From Octopus vulgaris (Eukaryota), in contig OX597822.1 of NCBI GenBank assembly GCA_951406725.2, forward strand, positions 69,254,001-69,318,000: DNA of 64,000 nucleotides, read 5' to 3'. Every line of letters begins with the position of its first letter. Within the stretch, counting starts at the first letter, position 1. The position numbers were made by a program, and so were the translations under genes. The notes under the pieces were generated by a model. That model saw nothing but the letters and a program-made list of their open reading frames with translations, did not search any database and had not been told where the DNA came from. Below are positions 27,667 through 40,789 of this stretch, in pieces.

Positions 27667-28699
27667 TACAGGGACATATATATACACACACATGCATACA
27701 TGCATACATACATACATGCACAAATGTACTCATAATATGTATTCATATATAGTGTTTTAATTCCCACTGAATTATAACGACTTCAATATTATGCAATCAT
27801 TTCGTAATCAGAAATGTGTTTTTGTTTTCGAGATAGTGACATCATCATTCTGATGTTGCTATCTTTCGTACATGTTTATGTGATTGTAAATATACTTGAG
27901 TATGCCTCTTAGATGAAGTGTTTGTAGATATGTGTATCTAAACATCATGCATGTGCTTGTGTGTGTTGCTGACAATGTATTGCTATGTGTGTGAATCCCT
28001 GTGTTCATCCGCTTGTATTTATTTTTATGCGATGTGTTATTCTCTTTAGTGTATATTTTTGTATGCAATATATTTAGTATGTGATTTTGTAAGCAATATC
28101 TTTGTATACTGAGTGCATACGTATATTTATTTATGTATTTATAAACAAGGCAGTATTCTCTGTGCATATAAGTCCCTGTGGATATGGTATGAGCATACTT
28201 GTAAACGATCTACTATAGATATAGCAGATTGTATGATGTAAAATGTAGTTAATGTTAATAATCCATGTTTATATCGGATTGACTGGGGGCTATTTTAAAT
28301 TAAGATTCTATCAACAGTAATATACCATGAGAAGTCCCAAAAGATCTTTTCACAAAATTTTATCGAGAAGCTCCTGATCTTTAAAACATAAAAGCATAAG
28401 AAATTACAAAATTATTTAGAAGATACTTGAACACATCAAACTTTACAATCGAAGGAATGCTGGCTGTGACCTATGTATTTCAGAAAAATGGGTATATCGT
28501 TCCAGTCGTTCAGAACTGATAGCATTTTGTCACCATTAATGAAAATATTTATTGAAATATTTTAAAATTTCTAACGGTAAAGCATTGAACATCGTATTAT
28601 ATTATTGTACATTCCAATCAAAAACATTCTTTTGTTTAATTAACGTGCTTCTCATATGCTATGATATTGTCGTCCTCAATCGAAATCTTTGTTGAAATA

Positions 28700-29589
28700 T
28701 TGAGTCATCCCGTAAGTAATGCGGTTTTTTGAATTGCATAAACTAAAAGTCGGAGGGGGAGGTATAAACTACATGCATCAGCTTGCTATAGAAGCAGGTA
28801 GTAATTTTACCTTGTACTTCTTAGTGCAGTTCGATTTTAGCAGTTATATTCTCAAAGCTATAATGGAAGTGACAAAGGAGCATATTCGGCATATTTTGCT
28901 TTATGAGTTCAATAAAGGCCACAACGCAACGGAAAGTGCGAAGAATATTAATGCAGTATATGGCAATCGGACAATAAGCGTAAGCCAGTCTCAGCTGTGG
29001 TTCTACAGCCGGAAACTACAGCCTAGAAGATGAGCTTCATCCTGGAAAATCTGTAGAGCTCGACGAGAACGTCCTGCAAACCCTGGTGGAACAAAATCCC
29101 ATCGTAACTATTGAGGAACTAGCAGAGAAGCTTGGATTTGGTCATTCAACCAATCATTCAAGTCAGCACTAGAAGAAATACGACCATCTTTGCTTTCAAG
29201 AAGAAAAGTATTCATCTATCAGGATAATGCTCGGCCACATACAGCGAGAATGGCATTCCAAAGGCTGGAGCAGTTTGAATGGGAAACGATGCTCCACCCA
29301 CCATATTCGCTGGACATTGCCCCATCTGATTATCATTTATTTCACAGTCTTCAAAATCATTAGGACGGAATAAATAAGAATTCTGTTGACGAGGTCAGTA
29401 TAGCACTGGAGGAGTATTTCTCGTCACAGACAAGTGAATTTTGGAAGAAGGGCCTTGCAAGCCTACTAGACAGATGGAAGAGCATTGTAGAAAATGGAGA
29501 GTATTTTAGACTGAAGAAAAACTTTGTTTATTTTAATTTTTGAAAATAAAAGAAGTGTAAAAAAACCGCATTATTTATGGGATACCCAA
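28700..29589 (+). mobile_element. Internally deleted mariner transposon (D,D34D transposase pseudogene from ATG 28863)
   Basis: ~30-bp imperfect TIRs with TA TSD; MEVTKEHIRHILLYEFNKGHNATESAKNINAVYG, QDNARPH, HPPYSLDIAPSDYHLF, LLDRWKSIVENGEY. Confidence 0.93.
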
Positions 29590-30741
29590 TATATTAAAAC
29601 ACATAGCGGATAAACGTAGAATACTTGTTATACGCGTCAACTAAATAAAAAAGGTTGCTGACGTTCATTCCATTTTCAACGATTTGTATTTCGTCTATAG
29701 ACGTAAGATCGTTTGGTTTATTTCTGTTATTTGGTGCATGATTTGGAAAAAAAAAAAAGAATTGTAATTTCTGATGTTTCAACATTATATTATTATGTTA
29801 CATTAAGGTACGGCATTGACTTTTATTTTCTACACTCTCGTATATTTTCTCCCCTGTATATGATGGGATGGATGTCCTACGCGCCCACGAAACTTTAAGT
29901 CATGTGGAGCTCAATCAAACTGTTAATAAAAATATATATATAACTCCTACCAATGTCCAAATGTAGTGAGTGCTACTTTCGCTTGTTCACTCACTCACTG
30001 TCTCTCTCACGCACACACACACACTCACTCTCTCTCTCTCGCACACACATACACGCGCACACATATTATTGTATCTGTGTTCATTACTCCATTTATTTTG
30101 TAAAATGAACAAATCTAATTTTGCTTTCTAGCAATTGATTTTCTTTATGAATTTTCGACGAATGCATTTGAAAAACAAATTATCTCATGATTAATGTATT
30201 TTTCATTTAATACATAATATTATAGTTGCATACGTATTTTAGCCCCGTTGTTTTCGTCAGTGCAATTATGAATTTTAAACTAAAATGAGAATGTAATTTG
30301 CGTAGTATTTGAAGTCAGATAACTTGAAATGTTTGTGGACTAACCACCGCTGCCGCTGTTAACAGTTATGGTTTCAATTTCTACACAGGGTATAAAATTC
30401 GAATTGCTTTGATGAAATCTGTGAAACTGAAGCGTGTTTACGAGTGGAGTATTTTTTAATACACTGGATTATTTTTTAATAAATACAAACTAAATTAGTC
30501 ATGTTATTTATTTGTTTAGACTTTGAATATATTCTATCAAAGTTCGCAGAGAAAATAAATAACTGACAAAACAAAGCTTCACTGTTTCTGCAAAATAAAC
30601 GGAATGAATAATAAAAATAGATTTGAAGAACACTAGACTGGTTTTGAATAATGGCATGAAGTTGTTTTGCGGTGGCCTCAAGAACACAAGCACCACATTT
30701 CTCCGTTGGACTACACCATAAAAGCACAAAATGACTATATA

Positions 30742-30791
<50 letters not shown>

Positions 30792-30991
30792 CTCTGAGCG
30801 AGGTATAAACAGTAGCTGCACGACATCGTGACGTATATTTGCCACTTAAATGTGGCTAACCCCTAAGGGTGGATGCTACTGTAGCTTGTAGTCCCAGGAG
30901 GACACTTCCTTCAGCTGGCTATTGACACACTTTCTGTGCCCTATCAGTATTTTCAAAGGGAAGCCATCCTTCCCGTCTTCAACCTATGATA

Positions 30992-31036
30992 CACACGCAT
31001 TCGAGTTTCTGGGTATTGACCCGTCATCAGCGTGTG
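30992..31036 (-). ncRNA. Minimal type I hammerhead ribozyme, cleavage triplet mutated
   Basis: cacacg-CTGATGA-cgggt-caat-accca-GAAAC-tcga-ATG-cgtgtg; perfect stem I, but the triplet reads ATG instead of GTC. Confidence 0.7.
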
Positions 31037-31317
31037 ACAATCACTGGCTGTCAATGAAAAGTAGCCCCCCCCCCCCCCTTGCAAATATATATCCTTTTTC
31101 CAGTGACAAAATGTCAGTAGCATCCACCCTTAGGGGTTAGCCACATTTAAGTAGTAAATATACTTCACGATATCGTGCAGCTACTGTTTATACCTCGCTC
31201 ACAGATTTATTAATGCTTGTTTACACTTTTTCGATATCAGTGACTTTTCGTCACTGGGAAAAAGGATATATATTTGCAAAGAGAGGCCTACTTTTCATCA
31301 ACAGCTGGTGACTGTCA

Positions 31318-33048
31318 GTAACGGGTGTTGGTAGTGATTTCTTCGATGTGAGTTCAAATTGTTACACACTGATATTGTATGTTTGTTGTAGGTTTCCCCG
31401 CGCGGGTGAACCAAGATTCTTTGGCTTGTGTAAATTATTGAATTTCAGTCACTGTTTCGTTTGCACCTGTATAATCCCCGTCTACGGGAGGAGTAAAGAA
31501 AGATGGAGAATGTACAAAGTTACGCAGCGGCAACGACACAAGGAATAAATACCAACACCCTGGAAGTGCAAGAAATAGAAATGAACATAAGAAAGAGGAA
31601 AGAAGGAAGAAAATTTGTAAAAAAGAAGGGAACAGATGTAAAGCTGACCTCCCCCCATCCCCAGAAGAACTGATGAAAAGCATAGAGAAGAGGACGGTAG
31701 TATACAGAACGTTGTCTACGTCCTCGAACAAGATAGAAGTAAGGTTTGGCAACCAAGAAGATGCCATAAACCACTCCACGGAGCCGTTACGGATAACGAA
31801 ATGGATACTCCTTCCGACGTATTGTGGCAAACGCGCTGCCAGAGTGAGAGTTGGAAGAGTGTCCCCCGAAATCGAGGAAAAATGGCTGGTAGCAGCCATA
31901 ATGCACGATATGAAAGATGGGGTAGAGATCCTCAAGATAACGAGGACTCCAAAGTCCAATTGGTGCGGGTATAGCCTCGAAGTGACCATGCAGGTATCTT
32001 TGGAAGACTTGCATAGTATAACGGAGGAAATAATACTCCCGGAAGACAGCAGACTTCGAGTAACAGTAGAAGGAAGACCACCAACATGCTTCCTATACGG
32101 CAAAAAGGGGCACGTGAAAGCAAGATGTTCCGAGAAGGAAAGCGAAGAGGAGAAGAAAAGTGAAGAAAACAGTACGGAAGAGGTAGTACCAACGAAAGAG
32201 ACAGATAGAGTGGAGGAACCCTTCACAGTAGTAAACACGAGGAAGAGAAAGGAACGGGTGAATTCTCCCCCAGACAGTCAAAAAGGCTAAAGGAGATTGT
32301 GATGGAAGAAAAGAGAAATAGGTGTGAAGCACCAACAGAAGCAGTAGTGAAAGAAGGCACAAAGGAAAAAACAGCATTACAACTGGGAGAAAAAGGAAGC
32401 GTTCATAAAATTGGTTATGATGTTTCTGCACGCCCGAACAGATCAGGACGGGAGCCGAAGCAAGCAGAAGTGAAAAGGAAGAGATATAAGTGGCATTTGG
32501 TCACGTATTCTTAAAGTAAAGAAATAGAAAAAGCGATTGTAAAATTTATACCGGCAATAAGAGTAAAGCTGCCGCCAGGAAAATACCCGGAATACACAAA
32601 AAGGAATAGTCATAGACAAAGAGAAATTTTTGAAATTGAGAGAGATGTATGGATTTTTCATAGACCCACTGGGGGTTGAAGTCGAGTTTCATAAGCTCCC
32701 GTTGGACGTGGAATTAGAAGATTTGAAACCCTTTATGAACATTTAAAAATAAGTAAAATTTGTACTTCATAAAAAAACGAGGAAAATATACTGTTAAAAT
32801 GTATAAAGAAAAAAGAAAAAAAAACCCCAAAAGACTAAGAAAAAGAAGAAAAAAAAGAAAAAGACTGTAAGACCGTTTATCGTAAAAAAGAAATCGCGGT
32901 TTCGTCTCGGAGAGGGACCGAGAAAACCGTATTATATTCATTATAATTTAATTCATTGTAATTCATTTTTTCTTATGTTTTTTTTTTGTTCCCGCATGTT
33001 TGTGTATGTACCCCCTGTATTCAGGCCTTGTGCCTATAATAAAGAGAA
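31318..33048 (+). mobile_element. ORF1-only (HAL1-like) non-autonomous L1/Tx1-type retroelement
   Basis: 5' UTR, ORF1 remnant, A-rich then T-rich 3' UTR, AATAAA at 33038-33043; flanked by the degenerate 15-bp direct repeat AGCTGGTGACTGTCA / AGCCAGTGATTGTCA; no APE or RT sequence seen. Confidence 0.65.
31503..32746 (+). pseudogene. L1/Tx1-type ORF1 (Gag-like RRM plus CCHC zinc knuckle) protein; longest intact segment 31673-32290
   Basis: N-terminal MENVQSYAAA; RRM-like 'IEVRF...LLPTYCGKRAARVRVGRVSPEI'; VEGRPPTCFLYGKKGHVKARC = CX2(C>Y)X4HX4C; charged tail with FTVVNTRKRK; continues through frameshifts and a stop to ~32746. Confidence 0.7.
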
Positions 33049-33061
33049 AGCCAGTGATTGT

Positions 33062-33106
33062 CACACGCTGATGACGGGTCAATACCCAGAAACTCGAGTC
33101 CATGTG
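33062..33106 (+). ncRNA. Minimal type I hammerhead ribozyme (predicted cleavage after GUC at 33100)
   Basis: cacacg-CTGATGA-cgggt-caat-accca-GAAAC-tcga-GTC-catgtg; intact core, palindromic TCGA loop III, one stem I mismatch. Confidence 0.8.
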
Positions 33107-33268
33107 TATCATAGGTTGAAGACGAGAAGGATGGTTTCCCTTTGCAAATACTGATAGGGCACAGAAAATGTATCAATAGCCAGCTGGAGGAGGTGTCCTC
33201 CTGGGGCTACAAGCTACAGTAGCATCCAGCCTTAAGGGTTAGCCACATTTAAGTGGCAAATATACTCA

Positions 33269-33304
<36 letters not shown>

Positions 33305-33307
<3 letters not shown>

Positions 33308-33419
33308 CCTGCTCGCTTAGCCAACGGGGTGGCGTCATTTGAAGGCTAAAACAATGCAAAGCGCATTGTGACCAGCGATATGTAGCAACATCTGATAGCC
33401 TGGTCGGTCACGTGATACG

Positions 33420-33420
<1 letters not shown>
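33305..33420 (+). mobile_element. 3' tail fragment of a SINE C variant
   Basis: Matches the reverse complement of 43650-43770. Confidence 0.75.
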
Positions 33421-33477
<57 letters not shown>

Positions 33478-33971
33478 CTCTTTCTTCGAGACAAGCTGGT
33501 TGTGAGACCCTGAATGGAACTGCACGGAAAATTATGCTCGGTTGTATAAGCTAGATCAAGTAGTTATATATATATGTATGTATCTATGTATCTATGTACA
33601 TTTAAATTTAAAATCACGAACATTAAAATTTGATAATTAATATTATGTATGCTTTCATATTTCTCTTATTGGTCCTTTACATTTGATACAGAAAAATATC
33701 TTTTCTATACCCATAACGCTGACGTTTGGAGGCATTCACATTCTCATTTGTTAAGTAAACTATTGTAATAGAATGATGGCGGCGCGTTTTGCAATAAGTC
33801 ACAAAGGATCTTGGGAATAATATTATAACTGTTAAAATCCTCAGCGTTCGATTTACATCAATATAATGGTAAATCTTGGAAGGTATATCATGACATTTTT
33901 TATGTGTAATATATCTGTGTTTAGTTTATATTTGTATTTTGGTTTTTAGCCAGAGTTTCTATAGTTATTCT

Positions 33972-33974
33972 ACC

Positions 33975-34018
<44 letters not shown>

Positions 34019-34099
34019 CGATTATGTTGCAACCTACCTATTTATTTGTCTGTATATCTCTACCTACCTACCTACCTACCTACCTACCTACCTACCTAC

Positions 34100-34161
<62 letters not shown>

Positions 34162-34186
34162 GTTTGTTTATCTGATTGTCTGTCTG

Positions 34187-34241
<55 letters not shown>

Positions 34242-34323
34242 GTTTATCTATCTGTCTGTTTGTCTGACTGTTTGTCTGACTGTTTGTCTGTCTGTTTATC
34301 TATCTATCTACCTACCTACCTAC

Positions 34324-34385
<62 letters not shown>
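33972..34385. repeat. Compound (GTCT)n/(ACCT)n/(ATCT)n microsatellite
   Basis: Direct reading. Confidence 0.95.
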
Positions 34386-34386
<1 letters not shown>

Positions 34387-34498
34387 ATTGTGTGTGTATG
34401 TGTGTACACACTCACATGAACTTTGCGTATGTCATATCGTGTACAATCATATGGATACTTGCACATACTCCTACATACACTTATGCCCAGGCCGCGCG

Positions 34499-34542
<44 letters not shown>

Positions 34543-34737
34543 GAGAGAGATATATACATATGCAAATATGGTGGATTGTGCACTTAGGTGTATATACAAA
34601 GATAGATGGATTGATGGATGGATGAACAAATCTGAGTTTCCCAATATACATAACAAACATTCGTATCTGTTTATATATAGGCATTAATATTTAAGGTGTA
34701 CTAGAATTTACCAGAAAGGTATTAAAAGAATAGCTTT

Positions 34738-34739
34738 AC

Positions 34740-34785
<46 letters not shown>

Positions 34786-34862
34786 GCTATTATTATTATT
34801 ATTATTATTATTATTGCTATTATTATTATTATTATTATTGCTATTATTATTATTATTATTGC

Positions 34863-34960
<98 letters not shown>

Positions 34961-34962
34961 GC

Positions 34963-34993
<31 letters not shown>

Positions 34994-35061
34994 ATTATTA
35001 TTGCTATTATTATTATTGCTATTATTATTATTATTATTATTGCTATTATTATTATTATTGC

Positions 35062-35116
<55 letters not shown>

Positions 35117-35210
35117 GCGATTATTATTGCTATTATTATTATTATTATTGCGATTATTATTATTATTATTATTATTGCGATTATTATTGTTATTATTATT
35201 ATTATTATTA
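34738..35210. repeat. ~470-bp (ATT)n array with GCT/GCG interruptions
   Basis: Direct reading. Confidence 0.97.
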
Positions 35211-35412
35211 TAAGCAATCTATTTAAATATTTCCTTTGAATTTCCACTCTATCTCATTTTTATTGTTTTGCTTTCATCTAAATTTCTACATGCATTTATT
35301 TTATTTCCCTATATTTGTAAATTTGTGCTTGTTTTCATATCTATTTGCGTCATTTATTTATTTATTTATTTATTTATATTGTTGTTGGTAGGGTTTTCTA
35401 TTCTATAAAAGA

Positions 35413-35452
<40 letters not shown>

Positions 35453-35812
35453 TTCCCTTTTCTTTCTTTTTCTTGGAGTCACTTTCGTCTTCTGTCTTTC
35501 TCTCTCTCTCTTTTTATATCTCTTTCTCGTTCTCTTTCGCTTTCTCTCCCCCTTCTCTCTCGCATGCACATACACTTCCACACATAGCCCCCCCCCCCCA
35601 CCACCACCATACTTTCTCTTTAGCTTCTTTCTCTTTTCTTTTCTTTTTTCTCCTCCACCCCTCTTGCTCTACTCTATTTTCCAATTCTTTCAATAAACCC
35701 TCCTCCCACCGTTACTCTTTTCATTTCCTCATCTAGCTACCTTGATTCTTGCTATAAACAAACTCATTTCAATACACACACACACACACACACACAAACA
35801 TATATACTCTCC

Positions 35813-35844
<32 letters not shown>

Positions 35845-36674
35845 AATATATATACTCTCCCTCTCTCTCTCTCTCTCACACACACATACACACACGCACA
35901 CACACACACACACACGCGCGCTCACAGACACATACACACACTCTCTCTTTCACACACACATACACACACAGGCGCGCGTTTTCACTCTCTCACACTCAAT
36001 CATTCGTCCACTCTCTAACTTATTCACCATCTCAGACACTAACTCACTCTCTCACTCATTCATTCTCTCACTCACTCACTCAATCCATTCACTCACTCAC
36101 TCACTCGTTCAATCCATTCACTCACTCACTCACTCACTCACTCACTCACTCGTTCAATCTATCCATTAACTCTTCAGACAAATGTCATTTTTCTTCAATT
36201 CAAATGCGCCTCCGCCACTCTTTTGCGTTCTCTTTTTCTCTATCTATTTTTCTTTCTCTCTCGCTCAATCTCCAACTTTCCGCTTTTTATTATTTCCTCT
36301 ATCTCGACTACTTCCTCACCCAATTCCCCTCTCACTCTCACTCTCTCTTTCTCTCTCCTTCTCTCTTACATATTTTTGTTTTCTTTTTCACTGTCCCTCT
36401 CTTTCTCACGTACAATCCGCTCCTGTCTTACCTTGTGAAAAACTTCATATATGTATGCTCAAGTTTTGTACTGGTGCGTATGTGTTTCTGATTGTGGTGC
36501 GTGTTTATATATATAAATATATTCTCGTGCGTGCTCATATATGTATATAAGTCTATACACACACACACATACATATACATAATACACACATATATACATA
36601 TATACATATGTACATATGTATATACATATATAGAGAGAGAAAGAGAAAGCGAGAGAGAGAGGCATGCATTCTAT

Positions 36675-36717
<43 letters not shown>

Positions 36718-36918
36718 CATATATATATATATATACACTCACACGCACATATATTTATATACATATGCATTCTACGCATAAACACACACACACACACACA
36801 CATACACACACACATATATATACATATGTGTGCGCGTGTATGTATGTATATGCACTGTATGTATAATGAAAGACGCATATGTAAAGAAAATGCAATACAT
36901 AACCCAAAATCTATCTAT

Positions 36919-36992
<74 letters not shown>

Positions 36993-37883
36993 GTCTGTCT
37001 GTCTATCTACCACTTTCTCTTGCTATTTTTCTTTCTCTTCCCACCTGTCTCTCTCTTTCCACATTTAGATATGTCTGTCTATAAGTGTGTGTGTGTGTGT
37101 GTGTGTGTGCGTGTGGCTGTATATATAACTATCTGTCAATGTAACTATGGAGACATACGCAGGTATTGGTGAGTTTGCAGAAATGACGTACACATTCGTA
37201 TACATAGAAATAGTTACGTACACATTTGCATAATATCATTAGTTCGGTTTATAAATGCGTTTGTGTATTTTTATATATGTACATGCATATTCTATAAGAC
37301 ACACACACACACAAATATATGTATGTATATATATGTGTGTGTGTATATATATATGTGTATATATGTATGTATATATGTATATATAAATGTATGTATATAT
37401 GTATATATGTATGTATATATGTATATATATGTATATATGTATGTATATATGTATATATATGTATGTATATATGTATATATATATGTGTGTGCGTATTTAT
37501 ATATATGTATGTATGCATATATGTATATATATGTGTATATATATGATTGTATGTATATATGTATATATATGTATATATATTTATATATATATGTGTATAT
37601 ATATATGTGTTTATATGTATATATATATATGTGTGTATATATATTTATATATATATATGTATATATAATGTATACGCAATGTAAAAATTTGTATGTACGT
37701 AAATATATATATATGTGTGTGTGTGTGCGTGTGTGTGTGTGTGTATGTCTGTTAGTGTGTATGTGTATATATTTACATCATCCTTTACGCCACTATCTCT
37801 CTCCCATTCTCCCTGTCTCTTCTGAGTCTCTGTATCTGTCTGTCTATCTGTACGTCTGTCTGTCTCCTCTCTCTCTCTCTCTT

Positions 37884-37916
<33 letters not shown>

Positions 37917-38175
37917 TCCCTTGTACCACTGTCATATTCCTGCTATTCTCTTTTCCTCAATGTTTTCTTTTAATGGCCCCCTACCCTCTTTGCCTCCTCC
38001 TGTATCTTCACTTAATGTATTTTCTTTCTTACAAATAAAAAAACTCCTTACACTCCACTCACTCTAACCCTCCTCTTCTATACTTCATCCTCCGCTTTCT
38101 TTCCTTCTCTTTAGCCACCATTTTAATATCTCTTTTTTTTTCCGTCTTACATATACTTTTTCAATCCTGACTTCA

Positions 38176-38211
<36 letters not shown>

Positions 38212-38789
38212 CCTCTTCCCCTCTTTCCCTAAGTTCATACTCTCTTTGTTTTAGAACTTATTCCTATCTTCTCAAATTTCCCTGTAGTCTCTTTCTCTCT
38301 TTTCATTAATCTCACTAATTGTGTTTCTTTTCTTTCTTTATGATTCTCCGTCATAACCACCACCACCTCCTCTCTCTCTCTCTCTCACGTTCCTTTTACT
38401 CTTTCCCTCGCTAATTACACACACACACACACACACATATACTCCCCCTCTCTCTCTCCCTCTGTTTTTTCCTTATCGCTTTCCCGTCTCTCACAGCTTG
38501 TTTCTCTGTCTTTCTCTCTTCTCAAAGTTCCTCGCATCTCCGTCTTTTCTTCTTCCCCACTTTACGTAACCCCTCCTTCTTTTCCCACCCTACTCTCATT
38601 CTCTACGACTTCCTTCACAACTGGTTCCCATGTCGTCTGCTTTAATCAAAATCATTGGTGCTGCAGTCGGTGCCAGTGGCAAATAAATCCCTTCACCTTA
38701 GGAGACGTCAGGGGGAAAAAAACAAAAAAAATCCACAGCTCATATTTCGGCTATTTTATTTCGGATTCTTAAACAAGTTACTCTACGAT

Positions 38790-38819
38790 ATGTCCAACAG
38801 TCCAGTTAAAGATGCACAG
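38790..38819 (+). CDS. Candidate first coding micro-exon (MSNSPVKDAQ)
   Basis: ATG followed by CAG|GTGGGT donor, in unique sequence immediately after a long CT-rich tract; no homology recognised. Confidence 0.2.
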
Positions 38820-39816
38820 GTGGGTAACGCTCATTTTATTTAGTCAAATTACTTTCATTGCTTTTTCATTCCATCTCAAAACTCCAAACGAGCCCTATGA
38901 AGTATTAAGTTTCCAGCAAATTAAGGCCATGATACAAGTTCTGTACTCATTTGAAATCGGTTCTTTTCACTCATAACATTAATAACCTTTGGACAAGAAT
39001 GATCATTACAACTTCATATTTGCCTCTCATTCAGAATTTTGTGTAATGTTCCTAGAGTCAAAAGAAATAAGAAAGAAATCTAATCTTTCTCTCGGCTTTC
39101 ATTTTATTATTTCTCTTTTCTCTCCTCCCTCTATCATCATATTCCCCTGTGCCCTCCTTTCCATTATCAACAATTTATTAATACTATTATAAACATCTGT
39201 ATTAACGCGGTCACAACGAAGTACAGTTCAAAGTGATTCGAGGTTCAGTTACACCTCTTTACGCTCTCGTTTTAAATCCCGCCAAAATTGACTTTAGCTT
39301 TTATTCATCCTTGATCAATGAAATCGCGTGGCATTGTGGTTAGAGTGTAGCAATTACGATTGCAAGGTTGTAGTTTCGTTTCCCGGACCGGGTGGTGCAT
39401 TGTATTCTTCATCAAAACATTTCATTTCACGTTGCTCCAGTCATGTCAACTATCCTAAGCGGAATGACCTTATATTTACTCCATATTGTTACGGTTTCTG
39501 CAACGCAGTCTCAGCGATGCAGTTTCAATTCTTAGAACCGTTTCACAAAAATCGCTTCTCGTTTAAACAATAGATTCTCCCCGCTTGCAATATCTTCACA
39601 TTCCTTGTAATGCCGCGTAAATGAACTCAAACACCTAGTCTGCAGCAATGTCAAAGTGCTTTGATTAATTTTTTGCATAATCTTAACTATCCAATAAAAT
39701 TGTAAAGTTAATAAGTACAAAATATTTCGATTTCCTTTATACTTTGCAAGCAAGTAAATAACTCTGAATATATAATAATATATATACATATACACACAAC
39801 CGTAGCAATAATAATA

Positions 39817-39862
<46 letters not shown>

Positions 39863-39867
39863 CGCCA

Positions 39868-40048
39868 TGATAGATCACTAGCCACTACACACATTTTTTT
39901 CTCTCCTTGTTTCTTTCTGTGTTCCTTTCTGTGGAAGTGCGTAGGCTCGAAACGCTAAAGACTTTTTCAATTCCCGAGCGTTATACTAATACATCTGTTT
40001 GTTTTCTACACCGCCTGTCTTCGTCTTTTGTTTTTTCTCGTGAATTCT
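39868..40048 (+). mobile_element. Second copy of the pLTR-type repeat seen at 26228-26408
   Basis: High similarity; flanked by (TA)n on both sides; HHR-like core further decayed. Confidence 0.7.
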
Positions 40049-40189
40049 ATATATATATATATATATAGTCTTTACGCTCACTTGTACTTGTTTCAGCCAG
40101 AGGCTGTGGCCATGCAGAGGTACCGCCATTACTAACATCGTTAGTTCACATAATTTCATTTCCACAGCTTTCTCCCCGTGTTTGGTTTT

Positions 40190-40520
40190 GGTGAATCAGT
40201 GAGTTTGACAGCATCACTCTTAAATGTATTTCTTGTAGTGATGTAAGTTCATCTGGTATCTCAGCTAGAAATTTATATTATTGTTTTGTAAATGCATGCT
40301 CAACTAAGCATCGTAGATCTCTGGGGTTTTCTAAGAAGGTACCAAAGGACTGTGGTGCATTGAACCCGAAGCTGTGGTAGTATTGGGTCCTTTCTCTGAA
40401 TGGAAAGCGTGGGGCCTTTGGTAATCCAATGATATCCAGTTCAGGAGTTGTATGTAGTTTTCAACCCCAAAGTTAGTCGCTAGACCCTCCGGAATTCTTC
40501 TTCAGACAAACACATTACGA
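40190..40520 (-). mobile_element. CR1-group LINE 3' end, decayed
   Basis: Minus-strand frames give EGLATNFGVENY, HSFGFNAPQ, FLAEIPDE and SNSLIHQ. Confidence 0.6.
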
Positions 40521-40745
40521 AACACTTCAACAATAAGTTCATAGTAAGCCTTTGTGAAATTTTGTGCATGTCTCTAGTATGTTTCTATATTTATGCACTA
40601 CATTTATTTACTGGGTGTGTATACATACATACATACATACATATATATATGTGTGTGTATATATATAATGTGTGTGTAAATACATTCATACGTACTATAT
40701 ATGCACACACGTGTGTGCATCTCTCTCTCTCTCTCTCTCTCTCTG

Positions 40746-40786
<41 letters not shown>

Positions 40787-40789
40787 TTG

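Larger units (their letters stand above)
30788..33272. mobile_element. Composite hammerhead-bearing retroelement: inverted plus direct copies of an ~355-nt pLTR/retrozyme-like unit, inserted in (TA)n
   Basis: 30825-31049 is the reverse complement of 33049-33272; 30788-30881 inverts to 31115-31208; 31035-31116 inverts to 31241-31317; (TA)n on both sides. Confidence 0.85.

Noticed and set aside
29850-29910. Possible additional hammerhead (ATGATGG...GAAAC-tttaa-GTC)
   Set aside because: Two core mismatches and a poor stem II; cannot be supported from a single copy
31435-32238. 267-aa minus-strand ORF
   Set aside because: Antisense shadow of the purine-rich ORF1; the protein motifs are on the plus strand
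30788-33272. DNA transposon interpretation of the ~225-bp terminal inverted repeats
   Set aside because: The repeats contain hammerheads and are permuted or duplicated internally, and the ORF is ORF1-like rather than a transposase
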